Source of the DNA: Macrostomum lignano
Lineage: Eukaryota
Length of the DNA stretch: 64,000 nt
Assembly (NCBI GenBank): GCA_002269645.1
Contig: NIVC01003976.1
Coordinates: 2,949-66,948 of the forward strand
Reading direction: 5' to 3'
The first letter of the stretch is position 1, and each line of letters starts with the position of its first letter. Position numbers and translations under genes: made by a program. Positions 37,628-49,196 of the stretch are shown piece after piece. Below the pieces are notes generated by a model, which did not search any database, was not told where the DNA came from, and was given only the letters and a program-made list of their open reading frames with translations.

Positions 37628-38491
37628 CTGAAAAGCAAGATGCATAACAATCATTAGACCACTGATGTTTGTTTACGATTAATATGAAAAGTTTCGCTTG
37701 TTAATTTCACGAATTAGTTCAAGTTGGAGCTAGCGGAAGTGCCTAGCAAGAGTTTTCGACTAATAGACGACGTGAAATTTCGAGCTTATAAATAATAAGA
37801 TTAGTGTAGTGAGCCGCTAATTTAGTGTTAGGCGTCCCCCTTTGTCAGCAGTTTCCCTCGCCCGCGTCCTCGCCCTGGGTTGCTGTCTGCCGCTGGTCAG
37901 CTTCCCGTCTCCCTTGTCTGTCTGTTGTTGCCCCTTTTCCTGCCCTGCTCGTTTTTTGTGCCTCTGTTTTCAGCCTCTCTGCTGTGGGCTGTTTCTGTTT
38001 CATTCCCGTCCCGGTTTCCTCTGTCATGTGAGCAAGTCACATGACAGATCTTGCGTTCTTGGAGTCCTAAAGTGCAGTAAACATGTTTACTGCACTCGCT
38101 GGTCCTGTCTATGGGAGAATCACTTGCCTCAGGGCCCTTGCAAAGGATGACTCATGTTTCTAAAAATAGATACTGAGTCATGCGGCCCCTTGCACTTTGC
38201 ATCCACCAACCAAGCCTGGCAGGTGCTGCTGACGAGACGTCTTTTACGTTGAGCTGCAAATCTGCACGTCGTGCTGTGTTCGTTGACTTCGTTATTGCGT
38301 TCCGACGGGAAGCTCACCTCATCGAGGGCCGAGACCTGAAGGAACTGGTGGCAGCACTACCTACGCTACTGAGAGTTAAGAGAACTTCCCACTGAAAAGG
38401 CTCGAGACTTAAGGTAATCTTAAGTGCCTAAACCGGGAAGCAAACAGCATTCTACTTCATTAGTCTACTTAAAGTAGGCAGTTTCGCTCAC

Positions 38492-38786
38492 CCTGTCTAT
38501 GGTAGAAATCAACGTAGTTCTGCTCTTCAAGCATGCACGCCACGTGCAGCCGATAATTCTGCAGCCGCCGAGGTGACTGCTGCGAGCTCGATCGGCACCG
38601 CTGATGCTGTTCGGCTCCTGCGCCGCTTTGTCGCCATTGACGACGACTTTTCTCCGCCTCTTGTTCGTCTTCGTCGTAATCGTCGTCGTCGTGGTCGACA
38701 CGGCCTTCTTCCTGAGCGACTTTCGAGCTTTCAGCATCCAATGGTCTGATGTGAAGCTTCTCCAGCTTCTTCACGGGATATTTTGC
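38492..38786 (-). CDS. Ser-rich gene, exon 3 (AKYPVKKLEKLHIRPL...YHRQG)
   Basis: atccacag| acceptor, |gtgagc donor, open frame (ORF 38469-38774). Confidence 0.65.
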
Positions 38787-39034
38787 CTGTGGATTTTAAT
38801 AGTTAAATTTAAGCCCCAGTGTGACTGTAATGGGGGTAGAAAATGTTTATTGATGGGGCAATAAATTAAGTAATTAAGTAATTAATACGAATCAATAGCC
38901 TACAATAGTTGAGACAGTTTTAGCCAATGCATGTAACAGGTTTTCTTGTTGATTAAACTGGTTTATTTTATGATTCGAATTCACCACCAAGCGATTCTAA
39001 ACCACCCCTTTATAGATTCTATCAACTTAGCTAT

Positions 39035-39600
39035 AGATTCCACCTGCGAGTCCATAGATCAACCTACCTGTCTACAGATCCACCTACCTGTCTAAAGATC
39101 CACCTACCTATCTATGGATCCACCAACTGTCTATAGATCCACCTACCTGTCTACAGATCCTTCTACCTGTCTATAGATCCTATCAACTTAGCTATAGATT
39201 CCACCCGCGAGTCTATAGCTCGTAGATCCACCTAACCTGTCTATAGATCCACCTACCTGTCTATAGATCAACCTACCTGTCTATAGATCCACCTACCTGT
39301 CTACAGATCCTTCTACCTGTCTATAGATCCTATCAACTTAGCTATAGATTCCACCCGCGAGTCTATAGCTCGTAGATCCACCTAACCTGTCTATAGATCC
39401 ACCTACCTGTCTATAGATCAACCTACCTGTCTATAGATCCACCTACCTGTCTATAGATCAACCTACCTATCTATAGATTCACCAACTGTCTATAGATCCA
39501 CCTACCTGTCTATAGATCCACCTACATGTCTATAGATTCGCCTACCTGTCTATAATCTACCCACCTACCTGTCTATAGATCCACCTACCTGTCTATAAAT
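39035..39600. repeat. 20-bp minisatellite TATAGATCCACCTACCTGTC
   Basis: About 25 units with an internal block duplication. Confidence 0.93.
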
Positions 39601-40019
39601 TTAATTCACCTTAATCTACTCATCTATATAGATTCCACCACCCCCATTTACAGATTCCACCAACTCATTGATAGATTCCATGCCACTTTTCCATGCTAAC
39701 CTGTCCAAAAATACAACCTACCTGTATATAAATTCCACATACCTTGTCAATAGATGGCAACAGCATTCTCATAGATCTCAATCACCTTTCTATTATAGAC
39801 TCCATTCACCTACCTGTCTATAGATTTAATAAATTCCACTAGGTTTTTCTACAATACAACCTATTGCTACTGCCAAATAAAACTTAAAATACGTCGTATA
39901 GCTTCGCTTTATTTACAATTTTTCCTGCATAGCAACAAGAGTGCACAATTAAAAAAGCTGCCTGTTGCAGCTTGGATGTGAAAAATGGATCGACAAGTAT
40001 GAAAGAGATTGGAGGAAGA

Positions 40020-40022
<3 letters not shown>

Positions 40023-40062
<40 letters not shown>
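40023..40062. repeat. (GA)n microsatellite
   Basis: Direct dinucleotide repeat. Confidence 0.95.
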
Positions 40063-40066
<4 letters not shown>

Positions 40067-40099
40067 GATGAATGAATGAGTGAATGGAAGGCAATGCAT

Positions 40100-40146
40100 T
40101 TTGTCCTGACGAAGAGAGCCCAGAGGCTTGAAACCGGTTGCTAACT
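40100..40146 (+). ncRNA. Type I hammerhead-ribozyme-like motif (Penelope/retrozyme type), stem I degenerate
   Basis: CTGACGA ... GAGCC-CAGA-GGCTT ... GAAA-CCGGT-T. Core boxes, a stem II hairpin and a palindromic minimal stem III (ACCGGT) are present. Stem I pairing is imperfect. Confidence 0.45.
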
Positions 40147-40815
40147 CAATATGACTCTCCTCTCTCTTCTCTCTCGCGATAGATTTTTTCTACTTTGCTT
40201 ATCTTACTGGGATTAGCCTAAAGAGAACCTGGGGTGGGATCTGGAGAAATACACAGATCGGCAGTGCAAGAATGAATAGATTTTTAGATTAAACTAAAGT
40301 AGAACCTATTTTTTTAAGAAACAATTCAGTCTATAAATCCATAATCGCCTGCGCCGATTACATCGATTACGCATTACACGATATTACGTTTATCGTCGGT
40401 TCTAGTAGAGCGACGGCCGGGATACAGGAATAAAGTATATAGGAATGTAGGTTTGGCATGCGCAGTGTAAACAATGCGAATCTATAGATGGACATAATAA
40501 CAACAACTACATCAAAATAATAAATTGTAAACTGATTAATTTTATGTGTAGATTATTGACTGCGTTTCCCTGTCAGGATAAAACACAGTGCAGTGCTTTG
40601 TGGGGCATGAATATACTTAGATAATAATAAATGACAAAAGTACAGCATGTAACTTTGTTTGCTTTTGAATTTAAATTCTTACTAGCTTCAGTTATCCTAA
40701 AATGTATTTACAAAGACAAGAGTTCCCACTTCAATCAATTAATCAATAATTTATTGAGAAACTTGTTAGTAAATAGTACAATGTAATGCTCTTATAGGCT
40801 CATAACTGAACTCAC

Positions 40816-40912
40816 CACAACTTCGTTCGTTGTTCTCACTAGGCAGCGAACGTACGGGTTTGAGATGGACTTTTTTACGGATCTCTTAACCTTTGGCTTT
40901 ACCAGCTGGGGC
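40816..40912 (-). CDS. Ser-rich gene, exon 2 (PQLVKPKVKRSVKKSISNPYVRCLVRTTNEVV)
   Basis: ttctgcag| acceptor, |gtgagt donor, phase 2 to 0, consistent with both neighbours. Confidence 0.65.
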
Positions 40913-41511
40913 CTGCAGAAAGAATAGAACATGTATAAGGATGATTTTGTTTTGGAGCGGTATTTATTTAGAAAAAATGTAAACAATAAATATGATATTA
41001 GACACTCACACAGCGTCACTGGGCTCTTTTCTCTGGTATTGTTTGGACACTGGAAAGTTGTAGAGAACCTATCGAATCGAAATTAGAAGAGAACGAGTGC
41101 AAAAGTGTCTTTACGAACATAAATATATAATTATAAATTAAATATTTGTTAAAAAAGTTTTACTTGTCTTGGACAGGGATCCAAGACAATACTCATATGG
41201 TTTACATCTGTAAACCATGAAAATCATATGAGTGTACTTGTTAACTTGTAGCTAACGTTCAAATTTGTAGAATTTAACTTACTAATGATTCCCGTTGAGA
41301 ACCGGATCGCGTAACAAAGCTGTTCTCCTGAATTTCGTAGTTAAAATGATTCTCTCTAAAAATAAAATTGTTTATTGCTCGATTAAATTTTATTTCGATT
41401 ATAACTTTTTAAATGAATTCTAAAATTGGCATGTATACTTATTATTATTTAGAATAGTTTTTTTAGACAAGACTGAACAGTAAAAATCGAATCAAAAATA
41501 GCTGTGCTTAC

Positions 41512-41633
41512 AAATGATGAGCGACTCGACGAAGAACTGCCTTTGATATTTTGGGATCTTCGCCTTCTTTTTGACCACCCTTGCGGCTATGCCGCTTTTG
41601 GGCCTGACTTTTAGACACTGCCTGTGCAGACAT
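41512..41633 (-). CDS. Ser-rich gene, coding exon 1 (MSAQAVSKSQAQKRHSRKGG...)
   Basis: ATG at 41633, open to donor TT|gtaagc, phase 2 matches exon 2. Confidence 0.65.
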
Positions 41634-42094
41634 GACAAATTTTGAGATCTTGGTTCACTTACTAAGTCTTAATACCTCGATACCCTGCCTATTGAGTCTT
41701 GCTTGAAAATGAAACTCGACCATCAAATAAATTTTCAATGAAATCTTCTATTTTGAATCTGTCAAAGAAGCCACGGTCAACAAAAATCTGTTAAATAATT
41801 TTTTAACTTGTATACTATCTGCATGAGTACTTTGTTAAAGAACTGCATTGATTGATTTTTTAGTTTTAATTTAATGAATTTATTTTCTATACATACTATA
41901 TTTGTTTCTTTGTTTATTAGTTTAATAGGCGTTTTTTCAAAACTAATACTTTTTCAGAGAAATCTTAAGTAAAGTCACTAGTCAGGGACAAGGTGAAGTG
42001 TTAAGACTTAACTATTGTATCTCTTTTCTCAGTGTTTTGGTTGGAATATTCATATCGTTAAATTTGAACGAACTATTTAGAAACAGCTTTCAAA
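41634..42094. promoter_or_regulatory. Probable bidirectional promoter between the Ser-rich gene and DCTN2
   Basis: Two start codons 461 bp apart, head-to-head. Inferred from geometry only. Confidence 0.5.
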
Positions 42095-42133
42095 ATGCCA
42101 CTGGATCCAAAGTACAGCAGCCTTCCATATATT
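42095..42133 (+). CDS. DCTN2: Dynactin subunit 2 (p50 dynamitin), exon 1
   Basis: MPLDPKYSSLPYI|gtaagt matches the dynamitin N-terminus (MADPKYADLPGI). Confidence 0.85.
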
Positions 42134-42291
42134 GTAAGTTGCATTTTTTAATTTAATTTTGTTCACGCCTAAACTTTTAAGTGGTACTGTGGTGGTAGTA
42201 TTATAGTATAAAGCAGACAAACATCGCTAGAGTTTTAGTATATTATAGTATAAGACACACACACAGACAGACAGAGTTTTGATTTTTAAAT

Positions 42292-43801
42292 GGGCATTTC
42301 CGCCAAATAGGGACACAAATTGTGTCCGAGTGTGCAAAGAAGAAGAAAAATGTTGAAAACAGGAAATCTAACTAGAATTTGTTATTAAATTTCTTTTTTT
42401 ATCTTGTAGAAGCACAAGAAATTTTCTGGTAACAATAAAAGTTGCCGATAAAAGTTATACTGATCTAAGAAGACGATTAATACCGTAGGAGAATAAAATT
42501 TTATATTGAGGCATAATTGCTTGCTTATAATTAACTTTCTTTCAGTCAATAATTTTTTAATTGTTTCTTAATGCTTTTAATCAACTTTTTAATTCCGATT
42601 TTGTTATTTTTGCGCATAAGTTCATACAATATTTTTTAACTTTGTCAAAATGTTTTTTTCTGCGCGATATACCGAATGTAAATCTCTAATTTTACTTTTC
42701 AGTAACTAGCCGATCACCGTAATTATTCAGAAGTTCCAGTGCAACTTTGCAAGCAGCAAGAAATGCATATGCTTCCACAATCTAGAGAAAATTTTTCTGA
42801 AGCAATATTACAAGTAAATGTGGGGAAAATTGATTTAATACTATGTAAATTACTATCTACATACTATAGTGCAAAATGTAAATTACATTTTTATTGATAA
42901 ATAAACAAGAAATTAATGTGAAACTGTTTTATTTTCCAGCTTTTATACCTAATGATAGTCTTGTAAGACTGATTTTGAGAAAAAAACTAGCAAAAAATAA
43001 AATAAAGGGTACAACATGAAAATACATCTCGTGTAAGTAGTGTGCTTACTACATTTAAATGTTAATATTTAAGGTATTTTGACAGATTAAGGTTCAGCAG
43101 ACCACTTTTTGTGAAGCTCTGTATGTCAGCAATCCATAAATATATCGTTTTCAGCTGATAAAAAGCACTAAAAAAATTATTGGGTGCAACATGAGTACAA
43201 TCTTGTGGTTAAGATGTCACATCGAAAAAAAATTAATGTCTTAGAAAAATGTATTAAGCAAATTCTATTGCTAAAAAATATATTGATACATCATCGCAAA
43301 GATGTTTTCCTTCATTTAAGCTAAAAAACGTGAAGATTGAAAGCCTTATGAGTAAATGAGAGGGTACAACATGAGTACAAATGATGCAAAAACTTACCGT
43401 TTATACTTTTTGGTATAGCAAGAAAACTGACAAAAATCAATGACTTCTTCTTGCAGGTTTTGTGACGAAAAGGAATGATTTTAACAAAGTTTAATGTGTT
43501 TTTTTCATGAAACAAAGAGAATTACTATAAAGAATGTTTTCTTCGCTCTTTTATTCAATGTTGAAGTTAAAAATTGTGTGTTTGGACATCCAAAAAAGTG
43601 GCGTCTACATAAGTTTAAAATGGTTTTTCAACATTAATTTTGCCGATTAACAATCTTTAAATAGCTTTAAATTGAGCAAAAGTGGTTGTATTTTTCAGTT
43701 TAAGTCCTTGTTTGACTTCAATTAGCTGGCTTAAGCTACAATTCATCATTTTGTTTGTTGAAGTGTAATTTTCCGATAGTGCCTAATTGGCGGAAATGCC
43801 C
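42292..43801. mobile_element. Non-autonomous Sola1-type DNA transposon (1.51 kb)
   Basis: TIR GGGCATTTCCGCCAA at 42292-42306 and its reverse complement at 43787-43801 (19/20 over 20 bp). AAAT duplicated on both sides, matching the AWWT TSD described for Sola1. AT-rich non-coding interior. Confidence 0.75.
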
Positions 43802-46800
43802 AAATGTATAGATAGGCCTAGATATTAAATACCAGTATATTAAACAGCACAAATAAGTACATTTATTGTAGTGAATATGGTTTTGAGTTAGTATCACTCT
43901 TTAATTCATTGATGGGTTTTCTATGTAGGCCTAGTGAAACTTAACAAATATTGACTGCACCTTTAAACTGTTTATAAGATGCAATTGTGCACCTTGTCTC
44001 TAGTGAAAAAAAGCCTTTTTTATAGTGTTCCGCCGTAAGGAGGGTCCATGTACCATAGCTGTAGCCGTAAGCAAAACTACGGCTTATTCCAATTCTCCAT
44101 ATCCGTAGCCGTAGGGACCCCGAAATTACCATATTCCCGTAGTTCCCATAGCCATAGCCGTAGTTTTAACAAAAGTGCTTAAACAACTGCAAATTAAATT
44201 AGAAAATAAAAGAAACACTCGATTGCCTTTGTAAGATTATATTTCGTCTTTTTTCAGAGCAACAATACTTGATCGTTACTGAAAGTACTAACGCTAAATT
44301 TTTTCACATTAATAAAAATTAGAGTTTGCTAGTGTTTTATTGTACTTTTTTAGGTATATTTTATAAGTTTCTAGGTTGATAATACAGTTTACTAAACGTA
44401 TATTTGTTTTACTCTACCTGTTTCTAAAAATTTTTTAATTTTTAACATTAATAACTACGGCTATGGGAACGGTTAAAGTCAAAACTGGGGAGTCAGAAAA
44501 TGTAGAAAAAAATTTGTTGTTTCAATTAGTAATTTCTTTTTACAATTTTTTATATCTCGGTGAAGTGGTCTCGAAAAACATTTTTAAAGCACAAAATATA
44601 CCCCTTGTTAAGTTTCCTACCAATTTGTTAATTTTAACTCTTACGGAACTGTACGGACGTAGAATTAGAAACTAAATATAATATTCAACAATTAAATGTT
44701 TTATACTAATGCATAAAACTAATTTTTTGTTCAATAAATATTGCAATAAATGCTTTTTAAAGTAAATATTTAGTTGGATTTTGTTAAACTGCTTAATTTG
44801 TTTACTTCGCGCCTGTTTGTGTTCTGAAATACTCTCGTTTTTTAGCTTACGAACAAATAGGCAAACGACAATGATGTATAAATAATTTTACTGAATGGAT
44901 GGAATGACACGCTACGTATAGGTGTAGGTGTCCTTAAGTTGGTTATAAAATTGCTTCATCCATGCTGTAATTTATATTGGTAGTCTAGTTCAGATTAATA
45001 TTTTATTATCCATGTCCCATTTGATTTGCCCATGTCAATAATTTTTTTGCTAATGACGTAGTAATGAGACATGTAGTGTAAATACGAATTCGTAAAGCTT
45101 AGAATTACTTTGAAATTGAGACATGTTTTTATAGCCATAGTCCATAGACTATTCATATTATCAACTAATACTGAACTGCTTACTATAGCCCATAGGCATA
45201 ACTATGCACTCGCACTTGTAAATATACCCCATGTATAGCTAAATAATTAATAAGTAGCAGGTAAAACAATTAATAACTTTTTTTATTTTTTTTAACTTTC
45301 AAACTTTGTATATTAAAATGTAAATAGAATATAAAAAGTGGCTTGGAATATTTTGAAAAAGATTAATATATTTTCATTCATGATATATTACAACTAGAGT
45401 TTTAAGAACTTAGAACATAATTACAATATAAGAAGCAAAAAGTAATATCTATTCTCTTCAGAAATGCATTTGAATATAGCAATATTTCCTATTGGATAGT
45501 TTTGATCAAAAATCAGGGATTTAATGTCTACTAACAGATTTAATTTATATTGTAATCTATTTTATATTCCTAATCTGCTCTAATAGAAATTATTTAACCT
45601 TATTTAAAATGATGTTTTTCACTTTTATTCAAGCAATGCCAGGACTTCTTTGAGACTGCTCTTCATATGCCTTTCATTCTGAGCTCTAGGCCTTAGGCCT
45701 TACCTACCTAAAGCCCAATGTAAACAATGAAACTAGTGGAGTTCCTGCATGTCATCTTCACAATTGGTTGAGTGAATCAAGCACTTTATTTATGTACAAA
45801 CCTAGTCTATCCAAACAAACTGTTGCAATGTTGGCGACTCCACTTAGCAGCCCTCTTCTGCCCACAGGCCACAGCTGGTTCAGGAGGTGCTGCGCAGCTT
45901 ACTTTTGGATTATGGCACCGCGAATTCTGGTGGCTATGTGGCCTACATTTTCGCACATACCACGAGGCGCACCTTTTTCTTTTTAAGGACCTTATGTTTG
46001 TCAGCGTGCTATTGTGTAGGCCTATTGTGTAGGCCTGAGATATACCGAAAATATTGCTTTGAATTTAAGTTAATTGATCTGCTTCAGGACTTTAATACTT
46101 GTGCCTAAAACTTCTAAAACCTATTGTTGTTGTCTGTTCGTCTTTTTCTTTTTAAAAATTAAAAGGCCTTAAAAGCTTTATTTAGAGCTTTGTGAGATTC
46201 GAATTTGTCTTGAAACTTGAAACTTGAAACTGGATAGGGGCATAGCCAAATAACTTGTCTACCCTTCTTGAGACAGCCACATGGATTTTCTGTTCTGATC
46301 TGTGCGGAACTTTAAGCGCATGGTTTAAAAATGTTCACTTATGTCAAATCGGGGGTATCGGTTTACCTCGTCTTACTTTACTTACACATACATGCATACG
46401 AGTATTTAGCTTCAAAATTGATTTTGACTTGGAAGGCTATTATATCTGAGACAAATGAAAATATGGAATATTTTGGGCTTGTGCCGGGCTATCGTAGCTA
46501 TATGTTCGTTTTCTCTATTTGGTACTCGTACTCGTACACTGGCATTCTGTCTTGAGTGCTCTTTACGAGTATAGAGTTGTTTTTTATCTTCCTCTTTACT
46601 TTCCATCGTACTTTATAGTGTAGCTACAGTACGGAAGTTTTATCTCCATAGGTTGTGTCGTTATCGTAAGGATTATATTCTGTTTCTACAATACATTTAT
46701 CGCATCGAGTACAGCCGGAGCTAAGTGTTTTTCTCGTTTTATGACATTTTCTCTCCTTGGCTTAAAAGTAATGTAAGAAGTTTAAAACTACATGTACTTT

Positions 46801-46841
46801 CCTCAACTAACACCATCGTCGCGTGTAATCGACGTCATACT

Positions 46842-47090
46842 TTACAATTCTCGAGCATTCATGCAGCTGACATCGCAGAAGAAGTTCCTTTGCCGGCTGA
46901 TGTCAGTTTGCGGAGGCAGATCGACACACTGAGAGTGCAACCAGCGCTTGCAACCATCGCACTGCACCCACTGGGCATCTGATGGCTGCAGACAGATCTC
47001 AGCATCGCATGCATTAACCTCGGCGACAGCACTCCGAGCGCCACGCCCTCTTCCACGGCCACGGCCTCGTCCATACATGGTGTTCCTGGT
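46842..47090 (-). CDS. GR-repeat linker and PHD finger (probable transposase C-terminus, out of frame by 1 base)
   Basis: GRGRGRGRG then CDAEIC..WVQCDGCKRWLHSQC..FFCDVSC, a C4HC3 PHD pattern. Confidence 0.8.
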   Translation of the reverse strand, partial: TRNTMYGRGRGRGRGRGARSAVAEVNACDAEICLQPSDAQWVQCDGCKRWLHSQCVDLPPQTDISRQRNFFCDVSCMNAREL

Positions 47091-48196
47091 AGGCATGTGC
47101 AGGTGAGTGCTCGATACTGAACCTGCAGTGGGGGGCATTTTTCGGTTCGCCATACGTGATGCATCTTGGAGATGTCCCGCATGTCGGACAACTTCAGCAT
47201 CTCCAGTATGTTGCGGAACTCCTGAATATCCCGCTCCTCAATCAACCAAGATAACACCTTTAGCGGATTGTCAGCCGATCGTATAGCCGATAGGACGTCC
47301 TGTGGCGTGATGACATTGCCTCGGCTGACAACGATTTGATCACAGCGGCGCTTAACAGCCGCGCCGACACCATCGGCAGCTCCTTTGCCATGGCCAGCCT
47401 CGGTGTACAACCATTGCCACTCAGTAATGTCAAGGTGCAGCAGTAGACGATTGAAGATATATATCATCTTCCTGCTGCGATATTGACTGGATGGTGAGTC
47501 GCTAAGCATCGACACCCGGCGAATGGGGACGCCCAGATCTTCGCACTCGTTCAGAAAAAACAGTAGTACAGGCTTGAGGTGCGCGGCAATTGCATCGGCA
47601 GTCTTAGCCTTGACGTCCGAAACAGTAATAAATGAAGTCGGCTTCCATCCACTGACGTATCCAACTCCCTGATGCAGGACTATACTGTCTTGATCGCCAA
47701 AGTGCGCTGACTGCACCTCTTTGCTGTATTTTGCCGCATAATTCTCCGAGAAGTCGACGTGCAGTAAAAGGTGGCCAGGCTGCAGCGTCAACTTGAGGAA
47801 CTTTATTGCGCGAAACTGGTTCCTAATGCGGTGAAAGTGGGAGGCAAAGGCTCGCAGTTTGCAATGAAGCAGACTGACTGCTTCCTGGCACTCTGCTATC
47901 AACTTGACCACCTCTACACCGCTGCGACCGTCCGTGCGCTGTCTCCAAGCCTCATACGTCACGCGAGGCTTCGCAGCCGCTACCTCGTTGACAACTGGCG
48001 ACTTCGTCCTGCAGTCATCACAGGCACGCATGAGGCAGGCAGGAGAATCGTCCCTGCAGACGAAGAGCTGCAGCAGATCGCGAAGGCTGGTGCAGGGTAT
48101 CAGGCGAGCAGTGTGCATAGCCTTCGCCAGATACTCCAAATTTGTGCATTGCATGCACATGCACAGCGGCCTGTCGCAGAGACGCGGCTTGACTAC
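47090..48196 (-). CDS. Sola2-like DDD transposase, catalytic exon
   Basis: CMCMQC and C..C Cys clusters, then HVDFSENY...QSAHF, MLSDSPSSQY, EAGHGKGAADGVG..VKR, KMHH, YRALTCTC. Motif pattern recalled for Sola2-type transposases. Acceptor cattacag| at 48197. Confidence 0.75.
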
Positions 48197-48452
48197 CTGT
48201 AATGAATTGAGACAAATTCGATTGAATTGGAATTGAGTCGGAGTTGTTCACCAAAGTCTCTAGATTGAAGTGTCGGTCTCATATTTTTTTAATTTATTTT
48301 TTCGTAGGAATAACATATATAGCAGCGAAGAAGTACTGTACGTAGAAATCGATTAGATTTGGGCTTTGTCAATCAAGGGAGGGTGTAAAATGATATGTTA
48401 GCTGCACAAGCTGGCACAGTTCATAGCAGTATCAGATAATTAATTAAATTTA

Positions 48453-49196
48453 CCTCGAACGGTTTCGTCTAAATGTAGAGAGGCTGATCTGGCGACGCTC
48501 AGGAAACTCGGCGAGGTACTTGCTATGCAGCGACTTCAGGGTGTCACACAAGTATCGCTTCTGCCGCTTCTCCTTTTCGCCAGTCACGCGGTCGACGCCC
48601 GTGATTGTCTCATGCTTTGCAGCACTGGCACGGGAATTTTCATCGTCATAAAAGAAGTCGACAATGTGCTGTTGTCTCTCTTTGATTCGTTTTACTGCTT
48701 GCCTTTTCAGAATTTTCGCTGTTGCACCAAAACACTTCAGCACTGCCTTGCGCTGTGCCCCAACTGGTGTGCTTGCCACAATGCACCGTGTCATCTTCCG
48801 GCAGATGGAAAAACGCCGTACTCTGGCAATCGCATCCTGTATTACATGCCTCGCCATTTCAGCATCTTTGTGTCGGCGCTCCGCTTTAGCTGATTGGCGC
48901 TGCTCTCTGCGCAGTTTGAGACGCAACTTGTTGATGGTCCGCTGATGACTAAAGATAGCATCGTCGTAGTGCTCAACCAACTTCCTGCGCTCTCGTAACC
49001 GGGCAGCATCAGAGCGGGAAAGTTTTGACCGTGTCGTCCTTTCTCCGGCATCTGGGGGTGGTGAACAGCCATGGTAGCGTCGATAGGCGCGCCGTCTCTC
49101 ATGCTGCAGGTAGTCAGCATAGCTGTCAAATTTTTTTTCTATGTAGCGCTGCTGCTGTTCCTGCTTCACCTGTTTCCTAGATGGCCTAAATGGCAT
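48453..49196 (-). CDS. Sola2-like transposase, N-terminal exon
   Basis: Basic/coiled N-terminus, then VDFFYDDENSR...KRQKRYLCDTLKSLH...ISLSTFRRNR, the usual pre-catalytic segment of DFSENY-type transposases. Donor AG|gtaaat. Confidence 0.7.

Noticed and set aside
38129-38400. Extra exon(s) of the Ser-rich gene
   Set aside because: GC-rich and plausible, but I found no convincing splice model that keeps phase through to the next exon, and exons 3 and 4 already join in frame without it.
45768-46108. hAT transposase remnant in short ORFs inside the 6.9-kb element
   Set aside because: No BED finger, catalytic or dimerisation motifs are recognisable.
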